From a virus (Duplodnaviria; Caudoviricetes): a stretch of 64,000 nt of DNA. This document shows, piece after piece, positions 1 through 10,292 of this stretch. The first letter of the stretch is position 1, and every line of letters begins with the position of its first letter. The translations under genes were made by a program, and so were the position numbers. The stretch lies in the IMG/VR virus record IMGVR_UViG_3300044557_000185, positions 32,001 through 96,000 of that record; one strand, written 5' to 3'. Under the pieces are notes generated by a model. The model was not told where the DNA came from. It did no database searches and saw only the letters and a list, made by a program, of their open reading frames with translations.

Positions 1-537
1 TAATTGAACTAACAGGGAAATTTCATAAAAACAGATATTTCGTAGAATGTCAAATACTAGCTTTCCATTGAATCTTGTTCCTATCAATGCAGGGCAATGA
101 GGACAAGGATTCAATTCAGAGAACAGCTTGCCACATATAGAACAATAAAGATCTGAATAGCAGCCCATAGAGACAGTTCCCATGTCACCATCTTCTATAG
201 CCTTTACAAGATACGAATACGACTTGTCAACAGCGATAAGCAAATGAATGCATGCTCTTCCAGATTCATCGTCTTTGATGCCTGAAGCTACTACAAAGCC
301 ACGTGTCCTAGATCTGTCTATGCCATCTTCATATTCATTTGAGTCAGTGCTTTTCTTGTAAGTATGGTCAACAAATACTAGATCGACTTCTCCATACTGC
401 TCCCAAGACTTCTCTAGTTCTTCTCTTGGAAAGTAGTCGAAGTTCCTGTTCAGTTCTTCTCTTACAGCTATAGTCTTCACTAGTATGTAGTCATCGCTTA
501 CAGAGTAAGTCTTTCCAAAGAATTCTGTCTGTGGCAT
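1..537 (-). CDS. prohead (capsid maturation) protease, 3' end runs off the window
   Basis: Hand translation MPQTEFFG...NRNFDYFPREEL...VFVDH...RTRG...VSMGC...CSIC...CPHC...FYEISLLV matches the motif pattern of large-actinophage prohead proteases. Not in the ORF track because no stop codon falls in the window. Confidence 0.75.
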   Translation of the reverse strand, partial: MPQTEFFGKTYSVSDDYILVKTIAVREELNRNFDYFPREELEKSWEQYGEVDLVFVDHTYKKSTDSNEYEDGIDRSRTRGFVVASGIKDDESGRACIHLLIAVDKSYSYLVKAIEDGDMGTVSMGCYSDLYCSICGKLFSELNPCPHCPALIGTRFNGKLVFDILRNICFYEISLLVQL

Positions 538-552
538 CTGAATGATTGCTTT

Positions 553-1005
553 CTAGTTTAGCTTATGCACTGTTATTCGAATCTGATAAGCATTTCTGTT
601 TCTGTCTTCATCTAACTCTCTGAACAGAGTACCTTTGACAACATTATTGTTGTCATCTACAAGAACGCCTGCAGAAACAAGAGCATCTTCTATATGCTTG
701 AATGTGACAGCAAAATTTGGAGCATCAAATTTTCTGTTAGTCTTATTTAGACATTCGACTTCTATGAATGCTTTGGAGATAGGCTCTGACGGCAAGTTGT
801 TTTCAGCAGCTTTTGCGCCCATCTCTCTGAGATTGTCTCTAGCTACATTCATAAGATGATTCTTGTAAGCTTGCTGACGCTGAGTCTTACAATAGCCGAT
901 GCCATTGAGATTGATGAAGTCATCGCCGCTTATTGCGAAATTGTATGCAAATGATTCTGACGAGTCAATCTCTATAGAATATTCGTCTAATTGTATAGTA
1001 GTCAT
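553..1005 (-). CDS. RusA-like Holliday junction resolvase
   Basis: RKFDAPN..TFKHIEDAL..AGVLVDD motif typical of RusA. Confidence 0.7.
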   Translation of the reverse strand: MTTIQLDEYSIEIDSSESFAYNFAISGDDFINLNGIGYCKTQRQQAYKNHLMNVARDNLREMGAKAAENNLPSEPISKAFIEVECLNKTNRKFDAPNFAVTFKHIEDALVSAGVLVDDNNNVVKGTLFRELDEDRNRNAYQIRITVHKLN

Positions 1006-1011
1006 AAATTA

Positions 1012-1206
1012 TTAAGCAATAGCTGCTTTCAAAGCTGTTATCTGAGCTGGCGTCAACTTTGAGAAGTCGATATTGTCAGTTACTTCTGTCTTTTTTGCAT
1101 AATCTGTCAAATCTACTGAACTGCCAGCTTCAAGTTCACTAAACTTTTCATCAAGCTTATTCTCAAAGCTGCCACGGTTTGCTGCAGGAAATAATGGTTC
1201 TGACAT
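1012..1206 (-). CDS. small hypothetical protein
   Basis: AGGAG RBS, downstream of a TGATATAAT promoter. Confidence 0.7.
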   Translation of the reverse strand: MSEPLFPAANRGSFENKLDEKFSELEAGSSVDLTDYAKKTEVTDNIDFSKLTPAQITALKAAIA

Positions 1207-1243
1207 TATGATTTCTCCTTGTAGTTTGTATCCTATATATATA

Positions 1244-1252
1244 ATTATATCA
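1244..1252 (-). promoter_or_regulatory. extended -10 promoter TGATATAAT (putative late class)
   Basis: The same 9-mer lies upstream of genes at 1244, 12825, 20281, 28426, 39673 and 44585. Confidence 0.55.
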
Positions 1253-1290
1253 TACTTGCAGTTTTTAAGAATGCAGATGAATAAAGCAGA

Positions 1291-3084
1291 CTATCGTTGC
1301 CAAGTGAATACTGACGTTCCGCAATTGAATACTCTCCAATAGCCAGCTTTAGACATGGTTGCATATTCATCTTTCATTTGAGTGCTATATCTTGATAGTA
1401 TGTCAATGCCATTAGTCCAAATGTACGAAGGATCAGTGTATCTTTCGAATTTCATGCCAATCTTTAGATAGCCATTTCCAGTGAATTTAGCTCTGTCACA
1501 ATATGATATTACTTTGTCAAATCCCCAGATTCTTATAGCGTTCTTGAATAGTCTAGATTCGCCACCAATGACATTGATACCAGTCTTGTTTGCAAATCGT
1601 AATAGCTCCATTCCATCAAAATTGTTGAATCTTGGCTTTCCGAATGTCATGACTGCAACAAGTTCTCTATTGAAACTCAATCCAATTCGATATTTGCTAT
1701 TGACGTTTCCTTGAAGATGATTAGAATCTAAGAATTTTTTAGCTTCGCTAGAAGATACTTCAACTACTTCGCATTTTCTTGCAAAGATTCTTCTATCTTT
1801 ACAAAACGAAGACTTTATCATAGACTTCACAATATCTTGCTTATGCCACCATTCATTCTCATATACGTGCATCAGTCTTATGCCAAGCTTATTGCAGCTC
1901 TCGGTCTTTTGCAATGCAGCAACTTTTCCTGCATATTGCTCAGAATGCCAGTATAGGCCATCAAATTCAAAAGCAATCTTGTTCTTCTTTGAATAGACAT
2001 CCAGCTCTTTGCCTTTTAGAGCTTTTCTATCGCAGCATGCATCTTCATCAAAAGTCTTGACAAAATCTAGAAGCTCTAGCTCTCCTTGGGAATGCTGAAT
2101 TTCATTATGTCCTAAGAATTTGTCTTGCAAGTTCAAATTTCGTATACGTCTACCAACTTGCTGAGAATATAGACCAAAGTCTTTCATGAATGAATAGTAT
2201 GTATTAGACTTAGAATCTTCTATGATTTTCTTAGCATATTCGTCGTCTTCGAAGAATCGTATCTGGTTTTCTGACCATCCATTATTTCTCATTCTTGTCA
2301 TTCTTGTCTTCTTTTTGAATTCAGGACTATCATAAATGACTTTCATTTTAGCTTTGAATTCAGGCTTGTTCATAGCTTTTGATATCGATGCAGACAGTTT
2401 AGCTCTAACTTCCGGTCTGCTCATATATTTCTTAATTGCGATGCTTTGCTTTTCACGAGAACCAGGCTTTTCAAAATAAGCTTTTCTGCCATCTGAAATA
2501 GCTTTTCTTACTTCAGGCCTTTTCATGACTTCAGGAGTCGTATTCCTAATGATTTCAGTCATTTTAGCTTTGAATTCTGGATTAGACCATCGTTCATAAG
2601 CCTTAGCAGACAATTTTGCTTTACATTCTTCAGATAAGACTTTTCCAATATTGTTTTCATGATATGCTTCACGATAGCCTGGAGAAGCCCATCTTTTCTT
2701 CATGACTTCAGATTTGATAGCTTTAGTCTTTTCAGATTCTTTTCTTCCAATTCTAGATGCAGACATTTTTGCTTTTGTTTCATCAGAAAAAACTCTGCCT
2801 TTCATTTTTTCTGACATTTTGTCTCTAAATGCAATATCATGATACTTCTTATGATTAGCTAAGCTTTTCTTAGTCTTGTATGTATTGCAACATATATCGC
2901 ATTTCCATTCAAAATGAGAGTCTTTGCATTTCTTGCATTCTGGCAGCTCTTTAATGCTATTGTATTCTTTTCCACAAGTCTTGCAAACGAAAGTCTTTGT
3001 TCTGCAATGTCTGCAAAGACCATCAACAACTCCAACTTTAAATTGCCTTCCACATTTTTCACATGTCTTTATTTCATATGCCAT
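1291..3084 (-). CDS. free-standing homing endonuclease-like protein (Zn fingers, NUMOD3-like repeats, Vsr/DUF559-like nuclease, Hef-like C-terminus)
   Basis: CxxC repeats, SEETKAKMS-like repeats, ELDVY...AFEFDGLYWHS motif. Start set at the ATG 6 nt after TATAAT (probably leaderless). Confidence 0.8.
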   Translation of the reverse strand: MAYEIKTCEKCGRQFKVGVVDGLCRHCRTKTFVCKTCGKEYNSIKELPECKKCKDSHFEWKCDICCNTYKTKKSLANHKKYHDIAFRDKMSEKMKGRVFSDETKAKMSASRIGRKESEKTKAIKSEVMKKRWASPGYREAYHENNIGKVLSEECKAKLSAKAYERWSNPEFKAKMTEIIRNTTPEVMKRPEVRKAISDGRKAYFEKPGSREKQSIAIKKYMSRPEVRAKLSASISKAMNKPEFKAKMKVIYDSPEFKKKTRMTRMRNNGWSENQIRFFEDDEYAKKIIEDSKSNTYYSFMKDFGLYSQQVGRRIRNLNLQDKFLGHNEIQHSQGELELLDFVKTFDEDACCDRKALKGKELDVYSKKNKIAFEFDGLYWHSEQYAGKVAALQKTESCNKLGIRLMHVYENEWWHKQDIVKSMIKSSFCKDRRIFARKCEVVEVSSSEAKKFLDSNHLQGNVNSKYRIGLSFNRELVAVMTFGKPRFNNFDGMELLRFANKTGINVIGGESRLFKNAIRIWGFDKVISYCDRAKFTGNGYLKIGMKFERYTDPSYIWTNGIDILSRYSTQMKDEYATMSKAGYWRVFNCGTSVFTWQR

Positions 3085-3090
3085 GTTTAT

Positions 3091-3119
3091 ATTATATAAC
3101 AATATTAATGCAAAGTAAA
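3091..3119 (-). promoter_or_regulatory. sigma70-like promoter TTTACT-N17-TATAAT
   Basis: One of 11 matching copies in the window. Confidence 0.75.
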
Positions 3120-3155
3120 ATACTGGGCATATTTACTACTAGATACTTAATATTT

Positions 3156-3241
3156 ACGACGTTGTTCTATAGTGATCTAGAATCTGAAGTATTATAAATT
3201 ATATATACTTAATACTAGCGATACACAGATAACAACGTCGT
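3156..3241. repeat. 86-bp imperfect palindrome, copy 1
   Basis: ACGACGTTGTTCT...TATAAATTATATA...AACAACGTCGT. Confidence 0.95.
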
Positions 3242-3282
3242 TAATCTGAGGGCATACTAGATTCTTATCTATAAATGAATAT

Positions 3283-3317
3283 AAAAAATGAGCAGTTTTA
3301 AGTCATGCTCAGGACTT
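3283..3317 (-). terminator. pseudoknot-capable element plus U-tract after the major capsid gene
   Basis: AAGUC/GACUU and UGAGCA/UGCUCA pairings followed by U6. Confidence 0.6.
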
Positions 3318-3337
3318 TTGAAGCTAGATGGCTAAGA

Positions 3338-4306
3338 TCAAGCAGTCTTCTTAATCTTTACAACACCCATTGAGTTCAGTACGATGCAAGACACGAGTTC
3401 ATCGTAAATCGCCCTCAGCATAAAGTTGCTAACTGCCGTAGGGTCCAAATTTTGACTGATTCCATATCTTGTGCTCCACACACCGAGCATGTCTGATGGA
3501 GCAGTAACGTATACAGTATCCTTCGGAACAGTGATAGCCTGAAGGACATTGAAGTCACCGAATGTTGTTCTCTTGTATCCAGCGAAGTAGTCATCCTTGA
3601 ATGACACACCTGCAACAGTCAGATCCCAGCGGTACATGTCAAGAGCTGCACCAGGAGAGGTGATGATGTTCTTTACATTGACCTGCTGATCTAGGATATG
3701 AGCTTGTGCATCTAGGAACGAATCAAGAGTGAATGTATTCGAAGACAGAGTCACATCATTGTCTGTATTGCCTGGATGCAATTCTTTCCAAGCATCGACA
3801 GCAAGATCAAGACCATCATAAAGCAAAGCATCTTCTTGCTTTGCAAGCTGCTGGACAGTCATGTTCTCTGCATAGTCGATAGGAGAAGCAGCAAGAAGCT
3901 CGATATCAGTTCTAGAGATCTCGTATTCTGCAGCAATTCGACCGTACTGCGGAATTACCTGCTTGCCTTCAATTCTGCTGACTCTTACTTCACCATCGTT
4001 AGAGTTGAGTGCATAAGCTGCAGGAAGCTCATCGAGAACAGGATAAGCACGAATAGTACCCTGAGGCACCATGTCTTCTACTAGTGCCTGACGAGCAATG
4101 CCTTCGTAATTGACACGAATCGAAATCGGGCCAACCATAGCTTCAGCAAGCTTAGCAGATCCACCTTCACGGAAGATCTGAGCTAGCTTGGCTCTCTTCT
4201 GGTCTTTAGTAAGAGTTCGCTTTGCAGCAATCTTCTTCTGTGCTTGTTCAGCATATTCTTTGGCTAGTCTAGCCTTGTGTTCTGTATTAGTCATGATTTT
4301 TGACAT
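3338..4306 (-). CDS. major capsid protein
   Basis: 322 aa, follows scaffold-like and decoration-like genes, terminator downstream; LAEAMVGPI..RVNYEGIARQALVED resembles Bxz1-like capsid proteins. Confidence 0.85.
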   Translation of the reverse strand: MSKIMTNTEHKARLAKEYAEQAQKKIAAKRTLTKDQKRAKLAQIFREGGSAKLAEAMVGPISIRVNYEGIARQALVEDMVPQGTIRAYPVLDELPAAYALNSNDGEVRVSRIEGKQVIPQYGRIAAEYEISRTDIELLAASPIDYAENMTVQQLAKQEDALLYDGLDLAVDAWKELHPGNTDNDVTLSSNTFTLDSFLDAQAHILDQQVNVKNIITSPGAALDMYRWDLTVAGVSFKDDYFAGYKRTTFGDFNVLQAITVPKDTVYVTAPSDMLGVWSTRYGISQNLDPTAVSNFMLRAIYDELVSCIVLNSMGVVKIKKTA

Positions 4307-4321
4307 AAGCCTTTCTTAAAA

Positions 4322-4810
4322 TCAAGCGTTAGTGATGACTGACGGATCTAGAAGCTGAATGACGATAGAATCATCATCAAGTTCTAGCAGATTGCCAACT
4401 CTAGCGCCAGCCTTGGAAGTAAGCTTTCCATCAGCACCAGCATTGACTGGAACTGCTACGCCAGTTCCTGGGAAAGTGAAAGCAGCATCAGCAGCAATTG
4501 CTTCTTTAGAAATGCGAACAGTAGTGTTGTTGCTGCCAACAATCACGGTGAACTCGTCATTCGGGCCAAGCTGGTTGACGCCGCCATTGCCGAACTTTCT
4601 TGCATAGAAGACAGAAGCTAGACCGAAAGGCGTGCCTGTGCCATCATAAAGATCGACTACATTGTTGCCAAGATGCTTCATGACCATCCCGGGAAGAATC
4701 TCTTTGTCGTTAGGAGTCTTTAGAGTGCCAGCGAACTGAACTTCATTGCTGTACTCTACCTTAGCAGTTCTATGAAGAAATGCATCTTTTACAGTATTGA
4801 CTGTGATCAT
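4322..4810 (-). CDS. head decoration/cement protein
   Basis: ILPGMVM motif, 162 aa, directly upstream of the capsid gene. Confidence 0.65.
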   Translation of the reverse strand: MITVNTVKDAFLHRTAKVEYSNEVQFAGTLKTPNDKEILPGMVMKHLGNNVVDLYDGTGTPFGLASVFYARKFGNGGVNQLGPNDEFTVIVGSNNTTVRISKEAIAADAAFTFPGTGVAVPVNAGADGKLTSKAGARVGNLLELDDDSIVIQLLDPSVITNA

Positions 4811-4844
4811 CTGTTAAGTCTTTCTATTTGATCGTTGTCGGTTA

Positions 4845-6161
4845 TCAGATTAGTGCCATGTCGATAGAAGAATCGAACGATGGAGTAGCAGAAGCTAGCT
4901 TCAATGGCTTGCGAGCTTCTTTTCTTGCTTCAAAAGCTGCAGTCTTAGCTCTAGCAATTCGATTATGATTTTCTGCAATTCGCTTAGCAGCTTTCAGAGC
5001 AGAAGCGCGCTTAGCATTCAAAGATGCAGTCTTGTCATCTTTAGCATCGTCTTCAGGCTTGCCAGTCTTTTCAGAAATGAACTTCAATGCGTCAGTTGTA
5101 TTGTCGAAATCAGTTGTCTCGCCATCGATAGTGACGTGAGTGCCATCTTCATCTGAAGTCATAGACAGATTAGCTTTCTTTACAGAAGCCTTACGAATTC
5201 TCTTTGCTGCTCTATGCTTAGAAGCTACTGTGCCACCATTGTCAAGAATGATGTCGTAGACGTCTTGCTTAGCTTCATCCATAGAAGAGTAAGAAGCTTC
5301 ATCGTTGCCATTGACTTCAAGCTCGACATGACCATCAGAATACTGAAGCAGCACGTAGTCATCATCATTAGCTTCATCTGTCATTGTCTGAGCATCAGTG
5401 ACGTCTTCCATTCCTGGATAGTCAGAATAGTCTACAGTAGTCCATTCTGCTTTCTTTACAGAAGCCTTGACAGCTGCAAGTCTCTTAGCAGAAGCTTTGG
5501 AGACGGCTTTGACAGCAACAAGCTGATTCTTGACAGAAGCCTTAGTCATCGAGGACATTCTTTCGATAGCATCAAATCGATTGGCTTCAGCAATGACTCC
5601 AGCCTTGATGTAGGAATCTACAAGACGCATCACAGATGCAGTGCTAGCTGTATCTTCGGAAGGCTTGCCAGGCTTAGGAGTCTTAGGAGCATCAGTCTCA
5701 GAATCGACAGGATAGTCAGGCTCTGCTGAACCGCCATCTTCGTTGTCGCCTACAGGCTGATCTGGATCCTTTGCATCTGAAAGATTGTCAATCAAATCCT
5801 CATAGCCTACGCCATTGTCTTTGACGTCGTCTAGAATCTCATCAGCTGATTTTGGAGCAGTAGCTTCATCAGCAACTCTCTTGCTTGCATTTCTTTTCAT
5901 GTATCGGCCCTTTCCTGTCTCACATGATTTAGTGTCACTATTGATAGCTTTCAAGACTTTGTCGAATCCGTCAGATATTGCTTTCGCAATGTCTTCGTTA
6001 TCTCCATCATCTTCATCGCTTGCAGAGCTTTCATCTTCTAAAGCTTCATTAGAATCTGACTCTACGAAATCGTTGTCTTTGCCGGAGTCTTCTTCAGCAG
6101 TCACGTCATCAGTGTCATCTAAGACATCTGAATCGTCTATGCGATCAGTATCTGTTTCCAT
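4845..6161 (-). CDS. scaffold-like acidic head protein with basic linkers
   Basis: Very acidic, repeated KASVKKA linkers, located in the head operon. Confidence 0.6.
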   Translation of the reverse strand: METDTDRIDDSDVLDDTDDVTAEEDSGKDNDFVESDSNEALEDESSASDEDDGDNEDIAKAISDGFDKVLKAINSDTKSCETGKGRYMKRNASKRVADEATAPKSADEILDDVKDNGVGYEDLIDNLSDAKDPDQPVGDNEDGGSAEPDYPVDSETDAPKTPKPGKPSEDTASTASVMRLVDSYIKAGVIAEANRFDAIERMSSMTKASVKNQLVAVKAVSKASAKRLAAVKASVKKAEWTTVDYSDYPGMEDVTDAQTMTDEANDDDYVLLQYSDGHVELEVNGNDEASYSSMDEAKQDVYDIILDNGGTVASKHRAAKRIRKASVKKANLSMTSDEDGTHVTIDGETTDFDNTTDALKFISEKTGKPEDDAKDDKTASLNAKRASALKAAKRIAENHNRIARAKTAAFEARKEARKPLKLASATPSFDSSIDMALI

Positions 6162-6244
6162 GAAGCTCTTTTCGGTAAAAGAATCAGAATGCTTTTATTT
6201 CCGATCCATATAATTATATTATAACATCTTATCAGCATTTCACA

Positions 6245-6272
6245 GGTTGGCACCTGCATAAGCATGCCAACC
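6245..6272 (-). terminator. hairpin after the endolysin gene
   Basis: GGTTGGCA/TGCCAACC 8-bp stem. Confidence 0.45.
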
Positions 6273-6316
6273 ATATGAAACTGCAGACTTGCTATTTTGC
6301 AAGCATTCTAATACTA

Positions 6317-7450
6317 CTAGAATGGATTGCTGCTTGCTATAGCTAGCTGAAGCCTGTCAAGTGGCTCTCCAAGTATTCCAGCAAAGCCATCGAAGCCTGG
6401 AACAGACTTCCCATCATCGCAGCATACTCCGAGCCATCCTGCTCTTTGTGTAGTCTGAGAGCGATACCAGGCTTGCTTCATGCTGTCACCCTTTGGAGTC
6501 GTGTAGTAGAACTTGACTCCATCGATAGCATGGCCGAATACGCCTGCGCATTTGTTGACAGTGTCTCTAGGGTCGCCATACATCACTGATGGAAGCCATC
6601 CATCTTGCGCAGTATGTACAGAGTAGTCAAGGCGTCCTCTGTCTACCCAAGCGTACAGCATGTCATGTTGATGATTTGGATATCCAGCAAAGCCATTGTC
6701 ATTAGCATTGTTGAAGTTGACTACATCTCCAAGCCAGCCAGCACCTAGTTGATGAAGTCCATAATGAACATTGACAGTGGTTGCATTAGACGGTGCAGGA
6801 GTAGGTGCTGGTGCTGATCCATTGCCGCCTGCTATCTTGTTCCAAGCGTTTCTGTCTCCAACGAAGATGCTAAGATCAAGTCTGCCATTATAGCCGCCGA
6901 TAGCCCCAGATGAAGTGAACTGACGCATAGCATATCCAGCCATGTCCCAAGGATCAGTCTGCCAGCCTGTTGGGTTCATGTCTGCATACATAGCATCCCA
7001 TACCATGCAGTCATGACGCTTGCATACAGGATCAACTGAGCCTGCAACTGAACGCTGACGATAGACGACTGGCTTGACGCCTGTACGTCTGATGAACTCT
7101 GTTATCCAAGCTTCAAGATACCCTACATTGCCCCATGCTCTGTTGTCTCCAGCTTCCCAGTCAACAGATGGAACGAACTTATGAAGATATCCCTTAGTAG
7201 CATTTACAAAGAATTGCGCCTCTTGTTCAGCTGTCTTGTATCCTCTGATGTAGTGCATGTATCCTACAGCTTTGCCTGATCTAGCAGCAGCTTGTATCTT
7301 GGAATCTGCTCCTGGCCATACAGAGTTGACTATGCCATTGACAGTCAGCTCTCCTGCGCCCCAAGTGCACTGGACTACTAAGCCATCACAATCCAGAGCT
7401 GCTGGATTGACATCTGGCTTGAAATTGCTTATGTCTACGATTCTAAGCAT
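6317..7450 (-). CDS. endolysin, GH25 muramidase with C-terminal cell-wall-binding repeats
   Basis: IVDISN, DWE, QFTS and LDLS GH25 motifs; Pro/Ala linker; repeated GWL modules. Confidence 0.85.
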   Translation of the reverse strand: MLRIVDISNFKPDVNPAALDCDGLVVQCTWGAGELTVNGIVNSVWPGADSKIQAAARSGKAVGYMHYIRGYKTAEQEAQFFVNATKGYLHKFVPSVDWEAGDNRAWGNVGYLEAWITEFIRRTGVKPVVYRQRSVAGSVDPVCKRHDCMVWDAMYADMNPTGWQTDPWDMAGYAMRQFTSSGAIGGYNGRLDLSIFVGDRNAWNKIAGGNGSAPAPTPAPSNATTVNVHYGLHQLGAGWLGDVVNFNNANDNGFAGYPNHQHDMLYAWVDRGRLDYSVHTAQDGWLPSVMYGDPRDTVNKCAGVFGHAIDGVKFYYTTPKGDSMKQAWYRSQTTQRAGWLGVCCDDGKSVPGFDGFAGILGEPLDRLQLAIASSNPF

Positions 7451-7475
7451 TAGAATCTCCTTTTTGTTTGAAATT

Positions 7476-7561
7476 ACGACGTTGTTCTCTGTGGACTTAA
7501 TTCGGTCTATATATATAATTATATATCTTCATACATCTATGTTCACAGAGATAAACGTCGT
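7476..7561. repeat. 86-bp imperfect palindrome, copy 2
   Basis: ACGACGTTGTTCTCTGTGGAC...TATATAATTATATA...GTTCACAGAGATAAACGTCGT. Confidence 0.95.
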
Positions 7562-7596
7562 TATTCTTGGATATAGCTAGAATAACTTGCTATATA

Positions 7597-7959
7597 TTAT
7601 TCAGCATGGTCTACATGTGCATCTTCTGTAGGCTTTGCTGGTTCTGCAGCTGATACATTGCCAATCTCAAGCAATGCATCAAGCCACTTGTTAGTAATGC
7701 CGACAGCCTTGAAAGCAGCGTATGCTGTCTGAATGCCACCAACAATAGCGAATATCACTGTAACCCACAAAGCTGGAGTTTCAGGAATGCCGTTGATGAA
7801 TCCACCTATAGCTCCAGCTGTAAGAGACAATACCAATGCTACAACTCTTGATGCATTTGCCGACATAGCTTTAGTCTTTATAGCTTGGATTGCAAATGGC
7901 ACGACCAAGACCAGTAGCACTGTAGATGCTGCTTGAATGATTTGAATGTCCATATTCAT
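7597..7959 (-). CDS. holin
   Basis: About 3 hydrophobic helices, next to the endolysin. Confidence 0.7.
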   Translation of the reverse strand: MNMDIQIIQAASTVLLVLVVPFAIQAIKTKAMSANASRVVALVLSLTAGAIGGFINGIPETPALWVTVIFAIVGGIQTAYAAFKAVGITNKWLDALLEIGNVSAAEPAKPTEDAHVDHAE

Positions 7960-7964
7960 ACTTT

Positions 7965-9605
7965 CTACTCAGTTTTTGTGTTATAATTGTTCGACAGCAG
8001 ATTTGTACTACCATCGAAGTATTGATTGTCAGTATACTGAAGCATATTCCAATCTGAAACGGTGCAGAATATTGGGGCAGCAAAATACACATCGCCTACT
8101 GCACCGCCATTATCAGAACTATTGAATATGCGTGCGTATGATACTGAAGCGTTAGTGATGTTGCCTGTCGTGAAGTATTGGTGCCACTTGCCGTCGCCAA
8201 TGAAATACTTAGTTCCACCAGCCGAACTTCCTTTCCAGTCAGTTTGCAGTTCGATGCCAACACCGACAGCAGCTTTTGCATAAACAGCGAATACGTAATC
8301 GCCATTTGGCAATGTTTTATCGTCAATACACGCGCCAGTATTGTTGCCATTCACATGAACACCTGACGTTACAGACACTGGACAGTCTGACATCGGCATG
8401 TTCTCGCACGTCCCGGTGCCAAATCGCCTGAAATTCGATGAGTCGCTTGTATCTGCAAGATGCATTGTTTGTGGGCATGGAATGATATTCCGCATTATTG
8501 TCTTATTGACAGTCATTACGCTAGGGCTAGCATTGACAGCGCCAAGAAAATCTGCATCTGAAGCTATATTTTGAAGACTGTCTAATTTGCTATACGTGTC
8601 GCCACTGAACCAGTTGATGCCAAGCGCCTGCATTGCGGCCCAGTGGGCAGCGGAGTAGATACCGTAATGGGTGAGTATCACCCATGAGCTGTTACCACTA
8701 AGAGACAGCACATGGTCGCCAGTGGCCGTAACCTGCCCCACAAACATGTGTTGTGTTGATGTTATGATATTGACGCCCTGATACGCACCTACCACATTAG
8801 GGCCACTAGCATCATAAATCGCCACGATATATGATCCAACGGGAATAGCATCATTATCGGACGGAGGGCAGAATGTTCCCCAATTATATGAGGAATTATC
8901 TCCGGAGAAGTCATACTTCCACCTTCCATCAGATTGCTTCGTTCCCGACATTCGGTACACACGATTGTTCCAACCATTCCTGTCAGGTTTCTGTTCTATG
9001 TTCGTTGCTATTACTTTTCCATCCTGCGACAGCGTACTAGCGCTCGCATTAGCTGTACCAGTCCACGCGGTGGTCAATTGGCTTGTCTTAACATAAGTCT
9101 TGTCTATAGGATTGAACCATCTTGCTCCAACATTTTGCAGCTTATTCCAGTCTTGTATAGAATACAAACCACATCCATATGCAATAGTCTTTGCATTTGG
9201 TGGAACTTTGTATTGCAAAACTACATTAACTGAGCTAGTCAATGTAAAAGTCTTGCTAGTAATGCCAGCATTAAAATCTGATGGTGTTATAGCAACCAAA
9301 AATCGATCGCTAAACAGATCTACTACTGCATCTTGAGTAGTGAATGTTCCAGTAGTAGTAAGATGTGCACTGAACACATATGTTCCAGGTTGAAGCAAGA
9401 TACTTTTGTTATTAGCTTCAATGCCAGTATTTTGTACTGTAGAAATGCTAGTAGAATCGATTAGCATACCACCGTTATAGTCTGAAGCTGCAGGTTTTGT
9501 ATCGCTACTGTAATTGAAAGCTGTAAAATCTGAAGACTTTGCTACAGGTATTGGCCAAAGATTCGTTACTGATTCTTTGTTCTTAAGTTGGTCTATAGAT
9601 ATCAT
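7965..9605 (-). CDS. modular tail-associated/receptor-binding protein
   Basis: About three repeated beta-rich modules ending YS..DW..LQ...WF; WTGTANAS motif. Confidence 0.6.
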   Translation of the reverse strand: MISIDQLKNKESVTNLWPIPVAKSSDFTAFNYSSDTKPAASDYNGGMLIDSTSISTVQNTGIEANNKSILLQPGTYVFSAHLTTTGTFTTQDAVVDLFSDRFLVAITPSDFNAGITSKTFTLTSSVNVVLQYKVPPNAKTIAYGCGLYSIQDWNKLQNVGARWFNPIDKTYVKTSQLTTAWTGTANASASTLSQDGKVIATNIEQKPDRNGWNNRVYRMSGTKQSDGRWKYDFSGDNSSYNWGTFCPPSDNDAIPVGSYIVAIYDASGPNVVGAYQGVNIITSTQHMFVGQVTATGDHVLSLSGNSSWVILTHYGIYSAAHWAAMQALGINWFSGDTYSKLDSLQNIASDADFLGAVNASPSVMTVNKTIMRNIIPCPQTMHLADTSDSSNFRRFGTGTCENMPMSDCPVSVTSGVHVNGNNTGACIDDKTLPNGDYVFAVYAKAAVGVGIELQTDWKGSSAGGTKYFIGDGKWHQYFTTGNITNASVSYARIFNSSDNGGAVGDVYFAAPIFCTVSDWNMLQYTDNQYFDGSTNLLSNNYNTKTE

Positions 9606-9642
9606 TATGCGCCTTCTATATAGCTATGTACGTTTTGTCTAT

Positions 9643-10189
9643 TTAGTAAATGAGCGAAAGACTGCTTTTACTGGCGTTCGGGGTGCCGGTCCAAGAGCAA
9701 ACTAGATCTGACACGCTAGATGTATAGTTGCCATTAGCATCAAAGTATGAGATGCTAAGCTTCTTGACTGAAGCGAAGTCTCTTGCCGTGCACAAAATAG
9801 GCCGCGTGAACGTTGCAGCACTGTCACTCGTCGGCACGAACGCGAACTTGACCACCCCATCATCCGGAACAGCAAATGAACTCGGGCTCAGTTCAACCAA
9901 TGAGGACGCCCATGCTAGTAATTTCCCGTTGGTCATGGAACATGAGGAAATCATTGGCGCTCCAGCCGGAAGTCCTGTCAGCTCCCAGAGCCAATATGTG
10001 TCGTTGCTGCCGCTGACTCTGGTCAACGTGAGGACTCAATCGGACATGGAGCCTGATGCGATGTTCTTTTTTTATTGTTGGTTGCAAGCCGTTCATATCG
10101 AACCCGGGGTTCGGAAACAGGTTCTTCGCGACTAGCTTATCGTCTTTGATTCTTGTTGTGTCTAATGTCATTTTTTTATGATCCTCCAA
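9643..10189 (-). pseudogene. disrupted gene for one fibre-type module
   Basis: NLFPNP start and WTGTPNAS end lie in different frames; A7 run at 10067-10073 and an in-frame TGA. Confidence 0.6.
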
Positions 10190-10292
10190 AAGTGATTTGT
10201 TCTATTGCAGAGTGAAAGTGCATGGTTTGAGCATTCTACTGCAGTCTGTGCCTTTTCGTTTTTGTGTATGCGTGCGACAGGGTTGCATTCGC

